A stretch of DNA of 64,000 nt from Octopus sinensis (Eukaryota), in assembly GCF_006345805.1 (NCBI RefSeq), contig NC_043012.1:58776001-58840000 (forward strand). The letters run 5' to 3'. Under the pieces are notes generated by a model. It saw only the letters and a program-made list of their open reading frames with translations, made no database searches and was not told where the DNA came from. The translations under genes were made by a program, and so were the position numbers. Below are positions 13,436 to 25,497 of the stretch, one piece after another; within the stretch, counting starts at the first letter, position 1; each line of letters starts with the position of its first letter.

Positions 13436-14195
13436 CATATGGAGCCATAACATCGCCATCACTAGTGATCACTCCAAACACCATGATGTTGAGTGGGTGT
13501 TTGATTTTTATCAGTCTTGGTGCATGTTTTGGGGACACAGCAAGCCAAATGTTGATCTGTTTGTTCACCATCTGATACTGGCAGCAATTTTTCTCGTCTG
13601 AGCAAAACCAAAGCATGTTCGGTTGGACAGACTGCTTGAGCTGGTTCAAAAGCTTCGTAGCGCGGTCTTTCCTCTTGTCCTTGATGGCTTGGGATAAACA
13701 TTGGTCCTTTCTCATCTTGTATGCGGGCTACCAAAATCCCTTCATGCACTACCTGCCTGTTAATAAACTCAGACACTCCCATGTCTCTAGTGACGGACCT
13801 GTTTCACTTGGAGGGATCATTGTCAATCATGACATGGAACTCACCAACAAATTCAGGAGTTCTTTTCGTTTAAGAACGATCCGAGGAAATTTTCTGAGCT
13901 GTCGTACTCTCTTAATCACTATTAGACTCATCCAACTCTTTCCGATTCTTCTGCACTGTCCACAGATTGACACTCAAACACTCTCAAATGTACGTATAGT
14001 AGCTTCCGGTGCGAATTCCAAGCAGTACAGCATGTCGTTTCCAAATTTCTGGCAGAGTGAATTGTGCCATGATGCTCATGTTCCTCCCAGACGGTTCCTA
14101 ACTGACTCTGCTATATTGTTTAGTCGACAAAAACCAAAACAATCAATACGCACGTGCGAAATGAAAAATGTAATATGGCGACGATTTGCCCATCG
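13436..14195 (-). mobile_element. Tc1/mariner-superfamily (maT/DD37D-like) transposase pseudogene, 5' two-thirds
   Basis: ATG at 14070, then MAQFTLPEIWKRHAVLLGI...RTPEFV...RDMGVSE...RKDQCLSQAIKDKRKDRATKLLN...WFCSDEKN...IMVFGVITSDGDVMAP, with stops and a frameshift. Both ends lie in (TA)n. Confidence 0.85.
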
Positions 14196-14204
14196 CACTC
14201 ATCC

Positions 14205-14317
<113 letters not shown>

Positions 14318-15470
14318 ATGTATGTATATATATTCATTGTTTAAACGTTTCGTTAGTCTTCAATAGGCATAAGATTTTTGCTTTTGCATTAGGTTTTCAG
14401 GGTGTGCATTTTGTGCTGGGACGCTATTTGTGAACAAGATAGGGGCTTGTGAAAGGTGGCAGACTCTAGGTCATTGGTGTTTCGACAACTATACTTTTTC
14501 ATTAAGAAACAGCCAGAAACACTGACTATAAATGAGAAAGTTTGTTTTTTGTTCCTACATTTATTATGATGTGCAAAGAAACAACAAACTTGAAAACAAT
14601 GATGTGTAGATGAGTAGCATATTTGTGACCAAGTCTACGGAGATATGTTAAGAATGAATATAGACATTATTGCATATTGTAAGATATAGGTTTTCTATGT
14701 ATGTGCCTTACTTTCGGGTTAGTTAATATTGATAAGGACAACCAAGTGTTAGATAAGCTAAAGCGATTTTCTATTAGCAGTATATCAACGCTAATACTTT
14801 GTGAATGTTCAATATACATTCATTATTGTTTATCATGTACCTTTAACATTAATATTCATATTACAATATTTACGGAATTATGTATTCGGAAAAAGGTTTT
14901 TTTCAGTTCAGCTTCTTCATAATTCTGATTTTAAAAGTTGTATAATTTTTTTGCATAATTTGTAGTAGCTATTGTTGTTGATGCTCTTGTGATGCTGCTG
15001 ATATTTTCGTTTATCTCTGATTGAAAGCATTCATCATTGAAGACATTTCTGTCATAACCATTTCACCTGCTTTTATTTTTCACAACACATTAGGCTATTA
15101 TTTTTAGCATGGTAGGTGATTGGTTTATACGTTCCGATGATAGCTCACCACGATGCAAGCAGATTGAATACACAAACTAATTCCGTTCCCCACCAATGTT
15201 TGCGCATGTTTCCATATCTTTCAATATCTCTCATTATCTGCACGAACACTTCTGCCTCTCTCTCTTACTTTCCCCCCTCTCTCCTCTCTCTCTCTCTCTC
15301 TTTATCTCTCGCTCTTTACGTGTTTCTTCTGTATTTCTGTTTTTCCAACGAACAGAGAAAGAGCCACAATTGTAAGACAAAATTGTCAGCTTTTCTATAT
15401 CCATTCTGAAAATAAACATCCTATTTAAATAAATGTTATACCTAATCCCATGTGAAATGTTGTATAATAT

Positions 15471-15512
<42 letters not shown>

Positions 15513-16204
15513 TATATATAAATGATTTTGTCAGTGTTCGTTATGTATGTATGCAGGTGTTTCTGGATGGATGGATGGATGGATGGAAGGATGGATGCAT
15601 GCATGCATGCATGAATAAATGAACGTGTGTATGTGTATGTGTGTGTACATGGGCAGAGTTGTGTACATAGATAGAAATATAATATGCGTATCTATTTATA
15701 TTCTTTAATTTCAGTGAGCAGACTGTGATTATAATGGGGCAGTGCTACCAATATTACATTTTGATACCACTGTTTTCATGTCTGTTTTTTTTGTTTTATT
15801 TCCACCTAAGCTTTTCTAAAACCTTTGCAATTAGCAAATTGATGTTTAAATGTATTTACATCTTTTCCACATAGATCTATCATGCTTTCTGCAGGATATT
15901 AACAAGCTGTAGGCATTTGGACTCTAAGCTATAATAGATTCGTATGTGATAAAGATTCTGTTATAACTTTGGTCGGACGTTTCAGCTGAGACGGAAAGAG
16001 TGAAATCTTAGCCGCTTTGAATATATACCCTGATCATGGACTGTTCTGTGCCCAATACTCAAATTTGACATCTAAAATTCATACGTCTTCCCTATGTATG
16101 TCACTGTATATATTTATCTACTTCGTTTCAAGGAGTAGATTGTTAATGACTTACAACTCTTTCAGTGTCTCGCCTGCACGATCAATTTTCTTAATGTACG
16201 TTAA

Positions 16205-16570
16205 TCCACTTTGAACTTGAAACCCCAACCAAACGATAAGAAAGGAGATCAACTGCGTGTACCTTGCGCGTTCTAAGTCAGTGCTAAAAGAAAAACAAAC
16301 TTTCTTTGGTTTCAAGACGAAAGGTGTCCTTCCATGAAAATAATGCTCGGCCTCATACAGCGAGGATGACATTCTAAAAGCTGGAGCAGTTTGATTGAGA
16401 AACGATGCCCCACCCACCATATTTGCGTGACATTGCCTCATCTGATCATCATTTATTCCTCAGGAGTATTTTTCGTCACGGACAAGTGAATTTTACAAAA
16501 GAGGCCTTCCAAGTCTGCCAGATAGATGGAAGAGCGTTGTAGGAAATGGAAAAGAATATATTCTAGATTA
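16205..16570 (+). mobile_element. Mariner transposase C-terminal remnant
   Basis: Degenerate FHENNARPHTA...KLEQFD*ETMPHPPY...DIA.SD...FYKRGLPSLPDRWKSVVGNGKEYILD*; same family as 51160-51480. Confidence 0.8.
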
Positions 16571-16651
16571 AAAAAGAACTTTGTTTATCTTAACTTTGAA
16601 AAATAGAAGTATAAAAAAAAACGCATTATTTATGGGATGACCTAATATTTG

Positions 16652-16858
16652 TTATTTCTTTATTGCCCACAAGGAGCTAAACATAGAGGGGACAAACAAG
16701 GATAGACAAAGGGATTAAGTTGATTACATCGATCCCAGTGCGTAACTGGTACTTAATTTATCGGCGGAATTTGAACTCAGAACGTAACGTCAGACGGAAT
16801 ACCTATTTCTTTACTACCCACAAGGAGCTAAACACAGGAGACAAACAAGGACAGACAA
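16652..16858 (-). repeat. SINE-B-derived head-to-tail unit (about 1.4 copies)
   Basis: TATTTCTTTA(T/C)T(G/A)CCCACAAGGAGCTAAACA...GACAAA occurs at 16652 and again at ~16804, flanking a family-B internal segment. Confidence 0.6.
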
Positions 16859-17327
16859 AAGAACTGTATTTGTTTTCTGACTACACCGAGATTTCTTAGT
16901 TTTTATGACATATAATGCCATGACATCTCGAAATCTTCAAAAACAGAGTTCTACCACCTCCATGGTGAACGCTTGTACATCTCTTTCAATACCTATTCGT
17001 AATGATGTGGAAGCTGTGTGACGCAGATTCTTCCTTGACATAGAAGACATTCAATATCAGTTACCATGTTATTTTTATAGAACGTTATTTTATCACGTGA
17101 TCGGATTCCCTGCGTATAGTCCAATTGCATAACTGAAATCAGAGAGATTTGCCTGTAATATTGAACGTCTGCTATTCTTCCATTACATGGACAGGATACA
17201 TTTTCAACTAGTTTCGGGTGCATATATTTGTAAGTATGTATTTGAAAAATATATGACGTAGTTTTTTCAGAACCTTTTTTACATCTCTTCAGAAGAATTC
17301 TTTGAAGCCCAACAACGGCCGTTGGTA

Positions 17328-17523
17328 TCTTTTATCTTTCACTCGTTTCACTCAGAATCGACCCAAGAATTTTTTTGTTAAGCAAGGGACTTATTCTATC
17401 GGTGTCTTTTGACGATCTGCTAGCTTACGGGGATTTTAACACACCAGCACTGGTTGATACGAGGTAATGAGGGAGGAACACAGACGCAAAGACACATACA
17501 CACACATATATACATACATATGT

Positions 17524-17559
<36 letters not shown>

Positions 17560-17755
17560 GTGAGAGAGAAAGAGAGATAGATATACATACGACATTATTC
17601 CTCCAGTTTTCGTCCACCAAATTCTCTCACAAGGCTTTGGATCGACCCGAGGTTGTAGTAAAAGACATTTTACCAAAGTGGTACGCAGTCTGACTGAACC
17701 CGGAACCAGGTGGTTGAGAAGCAAAATTCTTTATCATAAATCCACGTCGGTGCCT
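17328..17755 (-). mobile_element. SINE family A
   Basis: Reverse complement of 12889-13285, including the internal microsatellite. Confidence 0.85.
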
Positions 17756-18379
17756 ATTTTTGCAGTCAGTTCATATATATATGGCTCATATATATGACCC
17801 AACTTTCTTAATAGTTTTAAATCGATATAATCAATAAATGCCAGTTTTCTATGTAGAGTAGTTGCGGTGAAAACACATCTTGCTTATTTGATTGTGATCT
17901 ACTGGTTAGTCCAAAAACTCGTTTTTCACATCAGCATTCCAAATACTCATTCGAGATTAGCATTTGGGGAGATAATACTCTGGAACAATGGCGCTATTTT
18001 GCAACGCAGAGAATTTGTTACTTTTATATATACAGAAAACGTCTTTTAAATTTTTCTACGTTTCTCCTTTGTCTGTGTGCTTTCTTCATTTCATGCGAGT
18101 ATTCTCTTTCACTCTCAGTGTATAACAGTATCTATCTTATTGAAGTGGGTTTTCTTCCTGTTCGTGATTTTTTCATTTAAACGATTTAAAATGTTTGGCA
18201 TTTCTCTCATCCACTGCTTGGGAAATATATTTTTCTCGACGTTAACCTTTACTCTGGGACAAATTTAAATAATATGGCTTGTATTGTTCTCACAAATTGA
18301 TTCAGTTTCATATCTTTGTCTTGCCTAGCGATACCTCGGAGCCAGTTACGTTTGAATAACTTTTTTCTTAATTGATTTC

Positions 18380-19120
18380 CAGTAAGCCTTGTATAAATTC
18401 GTGCAGGACAACGCTAGAGTGGTCCTTGTGAGGTGCACATATACAGTTTCATTGGGACTGCACAATTTTAATTCTATTATGTTATGGTCAGAGAATCTTA
18501 GACATCACCTTAATATTAGTGTTGCCTCAGGTTGGCTGAAATATCATTTCTTCTATGAACAACATTTTAGTGGGGTCAAGTAGACATTCTGCTTGTCTTA
18601 ATTCTTGAAATGACATTCCCGAGATAATATATCCCTTGGGCATTTGGGATTAGGGAGGCTGCAGTCACGCAAAATTAGTAAATTAATACGTTGATCCAGT
18701 GTAGAGAACATCTTTTATCTCTTCGGTGTTTCAACGATTCTCTTTGGATTTCTTGATTCGTGGCATCTGATGGTTGATATGTTGGTATATAGACCACTTC
18801 CAGTTGTTATATATACTGCTAGAAACAAAGGAAGTATGTGGGAGATTTCTTCACTCTTGATCGATCAATAATACAGCTGAATCATTGTGTAGGTGGCCGA
18901 GTAATCTATAGGCTTATTTAGTTTTAATAAAATTCTCAGGAACAATCCCTCAGAAAATATATGGTAAGTAGGTTCTTTCTTTGAATTATATGTACCACCA
19001 GTCCGATTGCCTTCCAAATTCTAACCTTCGACTTGAAACTATAGAAAAAACAACTTCTCAAGAGGCTTCGCAGAAGGATCGAATTCGGAAGGTCATGTTC
19101 TTGAAGTAAATTCATCAACC
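18380..19120 (-). mobile_element. Highly degraded Penelope-like ORF remnant (RT thumb to GIY-YIG linker)
   Basis: Scattered motif echoes across frames (GIVPENFIKTK, ILPLFL, IKDVL, QPP-like, Cys-bearing VY.C-like). Recognition by eye only. Confidence 0.3.
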
Positions 19121-19892
19121 ATTCATCCTTTTAATTAAAACAATGTTGCCTGCTACTTGAAGGAAATTTAGCTGATATTTCTAGCTAGAAATACTGTGTT
19201 AATAGTTTATTTTTAAAATGTAGTGTTTGCATCCAGGATTGAACTTGAGATCTTCCTTTCACTTCCTCGGAAATTCGATAACTCTTACGCAACAGACCTG
19301 ACAATCATTGATTTTTAACTTCCATTTTAAAAGCCTTTGATAAAGACAGGAATTAAATGTTTTCAGCGCAAGATAATAGCCAAAAACCAACAGAATATAA
19401 TTCAGTTTAAAGAAATATTTGTCTAAATTATTAACTTTATTGCTTAAGAATGAAAATGTTATCAGCATTTGTTTAAAAACATCATTTTAGCTTACCTTAC
19501 ATGAATAGAAAATAATGTATTTAAAAGAATCCTTCTAAATATATTTATTCGGATTAGATTATCGACTTTAATACGTTATATAATCAAATCAGAATAAACT
19601 ACAACGATTTATATTTTCCTAATAGGATTTTACGTTATATCATTGTAATATCATTATATATTATACCCAGGTGAATTGTTTCATACGCCGGGTGCCAGAA
19701 GTATTGGAGAGATAGCTTTCATATTCATGAATAGTTTTGATTTTGTTCTTTTTTGATTTTTATACACTTTCTGTTGCCGTTAGATATGAGTTTTAACTTT
19801 CCTCTATGCCTCTGGCCAGCATTTTTATAGGCCATTTATGGACTCTTTTCTCATCTATCTATCTATCTATCTATATATCTATCTATCTATCC

Positions 19893-19950
<58 letters not shown>

Positions 19951-20404
19951 ATATATATTTATTTATTTATCTATTTATCTATTTATCTATCTATCTATTA
20001 ATGCGTAAACTGATGAATATATACGTATATGTATATATATTTGTGTGTCTCTGTGTATGTGTGTGTCCGTGTGTTTGTGCGCGTACAAATATGTTTCTAT
20101 ACTGTTTTATATATTATTTGTTTGTGTTATATATATACACATGCGTGTGAATTCAATTTACAGTGTTGTTTTGTTCATCTTTCCTCACCTTCATAGAAAT
20201 GGTTGTAGAGCCAAGATAATTTTTTTTTATCTGAAAGGGTTTCACGTTCAATTCCGCCAAATTTCACATACGTCAAAGCAACCAAAATCTTATTTATGAA
20301 ATTCGCATTAAAATAAAACCAGAAGAAAATTCATAGAAGGAGAGTTTCTCGTCCTTGTATAATAAACTTAATATGATTTTTTGTGTGACACCCAAGTTTT
20401 AATT

Positions 20405-20550
20405 TAACATGACCTTCAGAAGATATCAGACACTTGCAATCGGTTTGGACATGTCTCCGGCTTCACCGTAAACTCTCTTTGTCCTCTCAGGATTGTAAGA
20501 GCTCCTGAAAATTGTCCCTGAAGCTGCTGCTCCTCTTCTGACGATACAAG
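20405..20550 (+). mobile_element. Degraded LINE reverse-transcriptase fragment (RTE-like)
   Basis: HDLQKISDTCNRFGHVSGFTVNSL resembles the post-YADD 'DLQ...GL.VN..K' segment of LINE RTs. Confidence 0.3.
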
Positions 20551-20706
20551 TTGAAAGGAAACTGTTATGCTTTGTTAATTGAATTTAATATAAACAGGCA
20601 CAAGGTCGACCAATACCCTGTGCGTGTATGTGATAGAAGGAAACTGTGTGGAGAGCCGTTGTATATACATACGCACATACATACACTCATACATATATGC
20701 ATATAT

Positions 20707-20970
20707 GTTTTGTTTGTTCCTTCTCGAGCCACACCTGGCACATAAGGGCCGGTTTCCAGGTTTCCTTGGTGTATAGCTTCTCCACCTGGACGGGACGTGA
20801 GAGAAAGTTGTGGCGAAGCAGCCAGCAGAAGTTCGCCATTACCTTCTGCCGGAACCGCGTGGAGCTTAGGTGTTTCGCTCATAAACACACACATCGCCCG
20901 GTCTGAGATTCGAAACCGTTATCCCTCGACCGCGAGTCCGCTGCTCTAACCAGTAGGCCATGTGCCTCCA
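20707..20970 (-). mobile_element. tRNA-derived SINE (family C), full length
   Basis: Matches 10398-10664; A and B boxes intact. Confidence 0.9.
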
Positions 20971-21917
20971 CATATGCATATATACATACATACACACAAA
21001 CATACATAGATACATATATGTGTGTATGTGTGTGTATGAGTCAGCGTATGTATATGTATATAAACGTGTATGTATGTCATTATTGAGTTCAAGATTTTTT
21101 GTTAATAGAGAAAGATTCGGTTTCTAACTTAGATCCAAGGCTACTTCATTGGAATTTCAACATCAACAGAGTATGTATGTATGTATGTATGTATGTATGT
21201 ATGTATGCATGTATACGTGCAGATTTTATGTTTTCTTTCATGTATACATGCTCATGCATATAGTAGCATGTCTAGACATGCTCATATATACTTAAATGAT
21301 AAACTGGAAAGTTTTACAATTTTTTTTACAGCTCCAGTGAGCGCATACATTCGCAAGATTGGTATGGATGTATGGATGGATGGATGAGAAAGTCCGGTAG
21401 ATTGGCTCGACTAATTTCCAATGACTGAAACAGTTAAAAGATAAAAAAAGATAGCGGCAAGTTACTGACTTACATAGTTGAATAAAATAAGACAATACCT
21501 TCGTTGCGGATCTCTACGCAATGAGTTCAAATCCTGCAGAAAAAAAACTTTGCCTTTCGTCCCATTCCAGCGTAGGAGGGGAGAATATATTACGAACTTC
21601 TGCCGAAATTATTTACAATGTCTGTTCTGGTTTTCGAGTATTGACAATAACAATAAGGGTGACTTACTTTTCCTTCGGAAAATGTACTTGGTGAGAAAAC
21701 ATGAGCGTGTAAGAGCATCTGCTAGTCTTGAATAAAATATCTTGCACAGGCTTGCGCATTCAGGTGCAGAGAGATTGTGTAACTTGGACGACATACGCCA
21801 CGTAATTAACGGATAAAAGAGGTTTCTCTACACATGCCTTTAATCCAAGTGTTTCTATTTAGTTATTCACCATAAGTAAGTTGGCATATTTTTTCTCTTA
21901 CTCTTTATTCATTTCAG

Positions 21918-22316
21918 GCGGGTACCGTCAACGTCAACTCGTTCAGTACGAGAGGAACCGCGGGATTAAAGCAACGGTTTGCGAGCCCGCTCGAGAGAGC
22001 GGTGGTGCCAGGCTGGTCTAAGCAATAACAGCTGAACGCCTCTAAGCCGAAATCGTAGCCGGACCCGAGTTGTTTTTCAAAAGCCTCTCAACCTCAAGTC
22101 GCGGGCCGGGCCTCCACGCTCGCCGTGCGGCCGGCGAGTTTTATCGTCCCTGTCGGAAATTGCTCTTCTGGAATATCGGCCTTGTCGTCGACGTCTCGTC
22201 CTACTAGTTCGAAGAGATCGAGACGTAAAGGATCACTTGCATACGTTTCGACTTGGTATGCGGAGTGACAGCTACCACCCTGCGATCTATTGAGTATCTT
22301 CTCGCAAACGATGCGA
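21918..22316 (+). pseudogene. 28S (LSU) rRNA 3'-terminal fragment, dispersed pseudogene
   Basis: Sarcin-ricin loop AGTACGAGAGGAAC (21945-21958), CTGAACGCCTCTAAG (22032-22046) and CTGCGATCTATTGA (22280-22293) occur in correct LSU order. GC- and CpG-rich island in AT-rich flanks. Confidence 0.85.
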
Positions 22317-22608
22317 TATACAGAAAAGGAGAAAAAGAGTAAAATGTTGTAATAGTTTTATTTATAAATCTCATTGGGTCATTATCACAAAGCATTAAAA
22401 CCTGCACGCGTATCTTTAATACATGATATTTCCATAATTTTAACGCAGCCAGGATACGTATTTAGGGGTAAGTGCATTGGGTTGCAGGCTATACAAATTT
22501 GTTAGATCTCCAGATAATCCGATTTTTTTTCGACTTGGTTGTATGGTGCAGTCTTGTCTTAGAATAATTTTTATTTTATATAATGATATTTTTAAAATTT
22601 GGGTTTAC

Positions 22609-22820
22609 ATTGTGGGAACGGTGAGGAAAAATCTCGTTAAGTGCGTCGAAGAAATAGGGTCTGCAATAAGGGTGGAGCACTTGCAGAAAACAGCACTGCT
22701 TGGAACCGCTCGAAAACTCTGGAAGGTACTCGAAAAATAAGAGGTGTTACCTTAGTTTACTGATAGTGAACAGGTGACATTGTAGTAGTACATCTCCAGC
22801 GTTAGAAGCTGTGCAAATGT
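22609..22820 (+). mobile_element. 3' end of an R4/Dong-like (REL endonuclease) non-LTR retrotransposon
   Basis: IVGTVRKNLVKCVEEIGSAIRVEHLQKTALLGTARKLWKVLEK* matches the C-terminal QK.ALLGTA.ILR.VL motif. A short 3' UTR runs into (AAC)n(AAT)n. Confidence 0.7.
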
Positions 22821-22844
22821 AACAACAACAACAACAACAACAAC

Positions 22845-22887
<43 letters not shown>

Positions 22888-22900
22888 TAATAATAATAAA

Positions 22901-23454
22901 TGCCCTGATGCAGTACCAGGCAGTGGCTCTCATGGCTTCTGATCTTAACTGACTGGAAGTGTTATCATGTACATTGTTTTGTCTTGGTATAAAAGATGGG
23001 CTACAGCAAATATTCTGCTCAATACCACAGGTTTGCTTGTCAGTTGTTTGACCTTAACCAGTTGAGCATGTCCCTTAGTGGCTGACGATATGTGCATCTC
23101 TGATCACGAGCAGAAGTAGTGGGGGAGCATCATGGCCATGTGTTTAGAGGGATTCTTTGGAGTTTGAATGGTTCACCTCTGGAACATAGGTGTTTCGTTC
23201 AACATCCTAAAGCAACCCTTATTCAGGGACCGTTTGAGCAGGATGGGCTACTCAACCTGAAGAAAATTCTAACTGGGCCCCACCTGCAAGGTCATGTGTT
23301 GTTTATCTTGATATGAGATCACCATGTCGCGCACATATGGTTGTGATGCATGTGCCTGGTGTACCTTTATCAGACGGGTAGTCATGATGGGTATATTGGG
23401 CTTCGTATATTTTACCCCAGTGTCACTTTGATGGCATGAACTGCTCTCTCACTC
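22901..23454. repeat. Unclassified ~554-bp interspersed element bounded by (AAT)n
   Basis: Sharp (AAT)n boundaries on both sides, higher GC than the flanks, no convincing ORF. Single copy in this window; I recall similar sequence as a high-copy Octopus repeat but cannot verify that. Confidence 0.5.
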
Positions 23455-24928
23455 AATAATAATAATAAATGAGGATGATGATGGTGGTGGTGATGATAGC
23501 CGTTTCTAATTTTTTAACAAAGCCAGCAGTTTTAGGCGAAAATCGTTTTCCGATTAAACTGATCTCAGTACTTAACAGGTTCTTTATTTTATACCCAAAG
23601 AATACAGCGCAAACTTTGATCTCGAGGAGATTATAATCAGAAAGTAAAAATCTGAGAGAAGAAATAAAATGCTACTACGCATTTTGTCCGACGCACTAAC
23701 GATTTTATCATCTCACCCGACTCACAACATAACAAGCAATCTTAAAATTATCTCCTGAAGAACAGTCAACATAAATCGAACTGATAAAAAAATCAATCAG
23801 AAGTTTTAGGTGAGCCAAATAGATGTAAGAATAGGAAATGTAAAGCGTGGAAATAAGAAATTTGACAATCTTAAACTGAAAATGATTATGACATAAAAAG
23901 CAATAGCACTTCTCAAGTGTAAAATCTTAATAAGAATATTCTCGCAATTCTGGCTGGAGGTGACTTAATGAAATCAGACACGAACAACAGTAGGACTTGG
24001 TTACACAAAATTTTATATATATCAGCCAATAAATTTTAAAAGAAAGCTGGTACTCTCTTAGATTTATTCATACAGCAATTTAAGAAACTGCTTTATTTAG
24101 TAATCTTAGATGAAAATAAACCTTCCACGTAAAATGAAACTGTTTAATAACAACAACAACTGCTGTATGATGATTCTTCTGTTACACCATAATGACATTA
24201 TTTTGTTTCGCAAGAAAACTTTACGCAGAATATAGAAGCATATAAAACGATTTTCTCCTCTAGTTACCATCTTTCAGAGAATTCGCAGCTGGTGAACAAC
24301 ACCTCAAACGGAAACCGAAAAAGTTAATGGGTCTGGACGAAGGCAAAGTTGTTTGTCTTCAGTCTATATTCTTGTCCACTGCAGCAATATTTTTTCATCA
24401 ACGCCAACTTATAAAGAAAAACTGCGTTTTCTGTCCGGTGAAAGGTCGCCGGTTGAGCTATCATCATGAAACACTCGGCTGCGAGCTGGATTTTCCCTAA
24501 AAGCGACAACAGATATTCGAAATAATTTTAAATGTTGAATGACTGTCCGGAGAATGGCTTCGTCGATCTATGCGCCTTGCGGATGGATCTAGTCATGTCT
24601 ATAAATCTCTACGGTGCTTATAGGGTGTGTCCTGGGCTAGCCTGACCAACTGATAGCATCCTCAAGCAAGCGATTTCTGCAAAGTTGCCCAGAGTTCCTG
24701 GTTCAACGTTCTGCTTAATAGCCTGTTTAGTTAATCTTCACCGACATCCAGGTTCTCAACTAGAACATCGCCGCTATTCTTAACTAGTCAAATGCATATA
24801 AAAAGAGTGGCGTACCCCCACCACCTCAGATATACAGATATAGAATTAGGAGCACACAATGTGTGTAACATCAGCGCATGTCTACTAATTACATTGGTCA
24901 ACAAAATTAAATGTATTATACTCATTAT

Positions 24929-25497
24929 AGTTAAGTTAAGTTACGTTAATTTTTTAGCTCAAAAAGCAAAAAGCAAGGCCATGTAGGGGGACATGGAGTT
25001 ATGTTTAGGGTGGTGTTCATGCAAAGAGTTCAGGTCATTTCTGGTCAAGGGAGACTTTGAACCGAGCGGTCGTCGGCATCTTCACTATTTTCGTCCGGCA
25101 GCTTATTCCGTGGATCCGCAACCCGGACGGAGAAAGCCCCTCTCCTTCGATTGAGATGAAATCGTCGCAGATAGAGCTTTTCGGAGTGACCCCGCAGCCG
25201 ACGCTCAGTAGCAGGAGTGAAGAACAGCTCTTTCGAGAGGTTACACTTTCCGCTTATGATGTTGTGAGCAAGATTCAGATCACCACGGCGTCGTCGTTTT
25301 TCTAGAGAATAAAGGTCGAGCGTCTTCAGCCTTTCTTCATAAGACAAATGCTTGAGACCGAGAACCATGCGGGTAGTCAGCTTCTGGGCTCCTTCGAGAT
25401 GATGTATGTCTTTGAGGAGATAAGGAGAAGAGGCTTGAATACCGTACTCCAATATGGGTCTCACCAGTGTGACATAGAGCGGTAGGAATATGGCCTT
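24929..25497 (-). mobile_element. CR1-clade LINE, 5'-truncated (ORF2 C-terminus, 3' UTR, (TAACT)n tail)
   Basis: LYVTLVRPILEYGIQASSPYLLKDIHHLE...GLKHLSYEERLKTLDLYSLEKRRRRGDL...RGHSEKL...FSVRV...NKLP; short tandem tail at 24929-24949. Confidence 0.9.

Noticed and set aside
16993-17223. Cys-containing 76-aa minus-strand ORF with a possible 68-nt exon
   Set aside because: No recognisable domain and only moderate splice signals.
18941-18964. 24-nt micro-exon candidate (CTCAG|...TATG|GTAAGT)
   Set aside because: Lies antisense within a probable Penelope remnant, and no partner exons were found.
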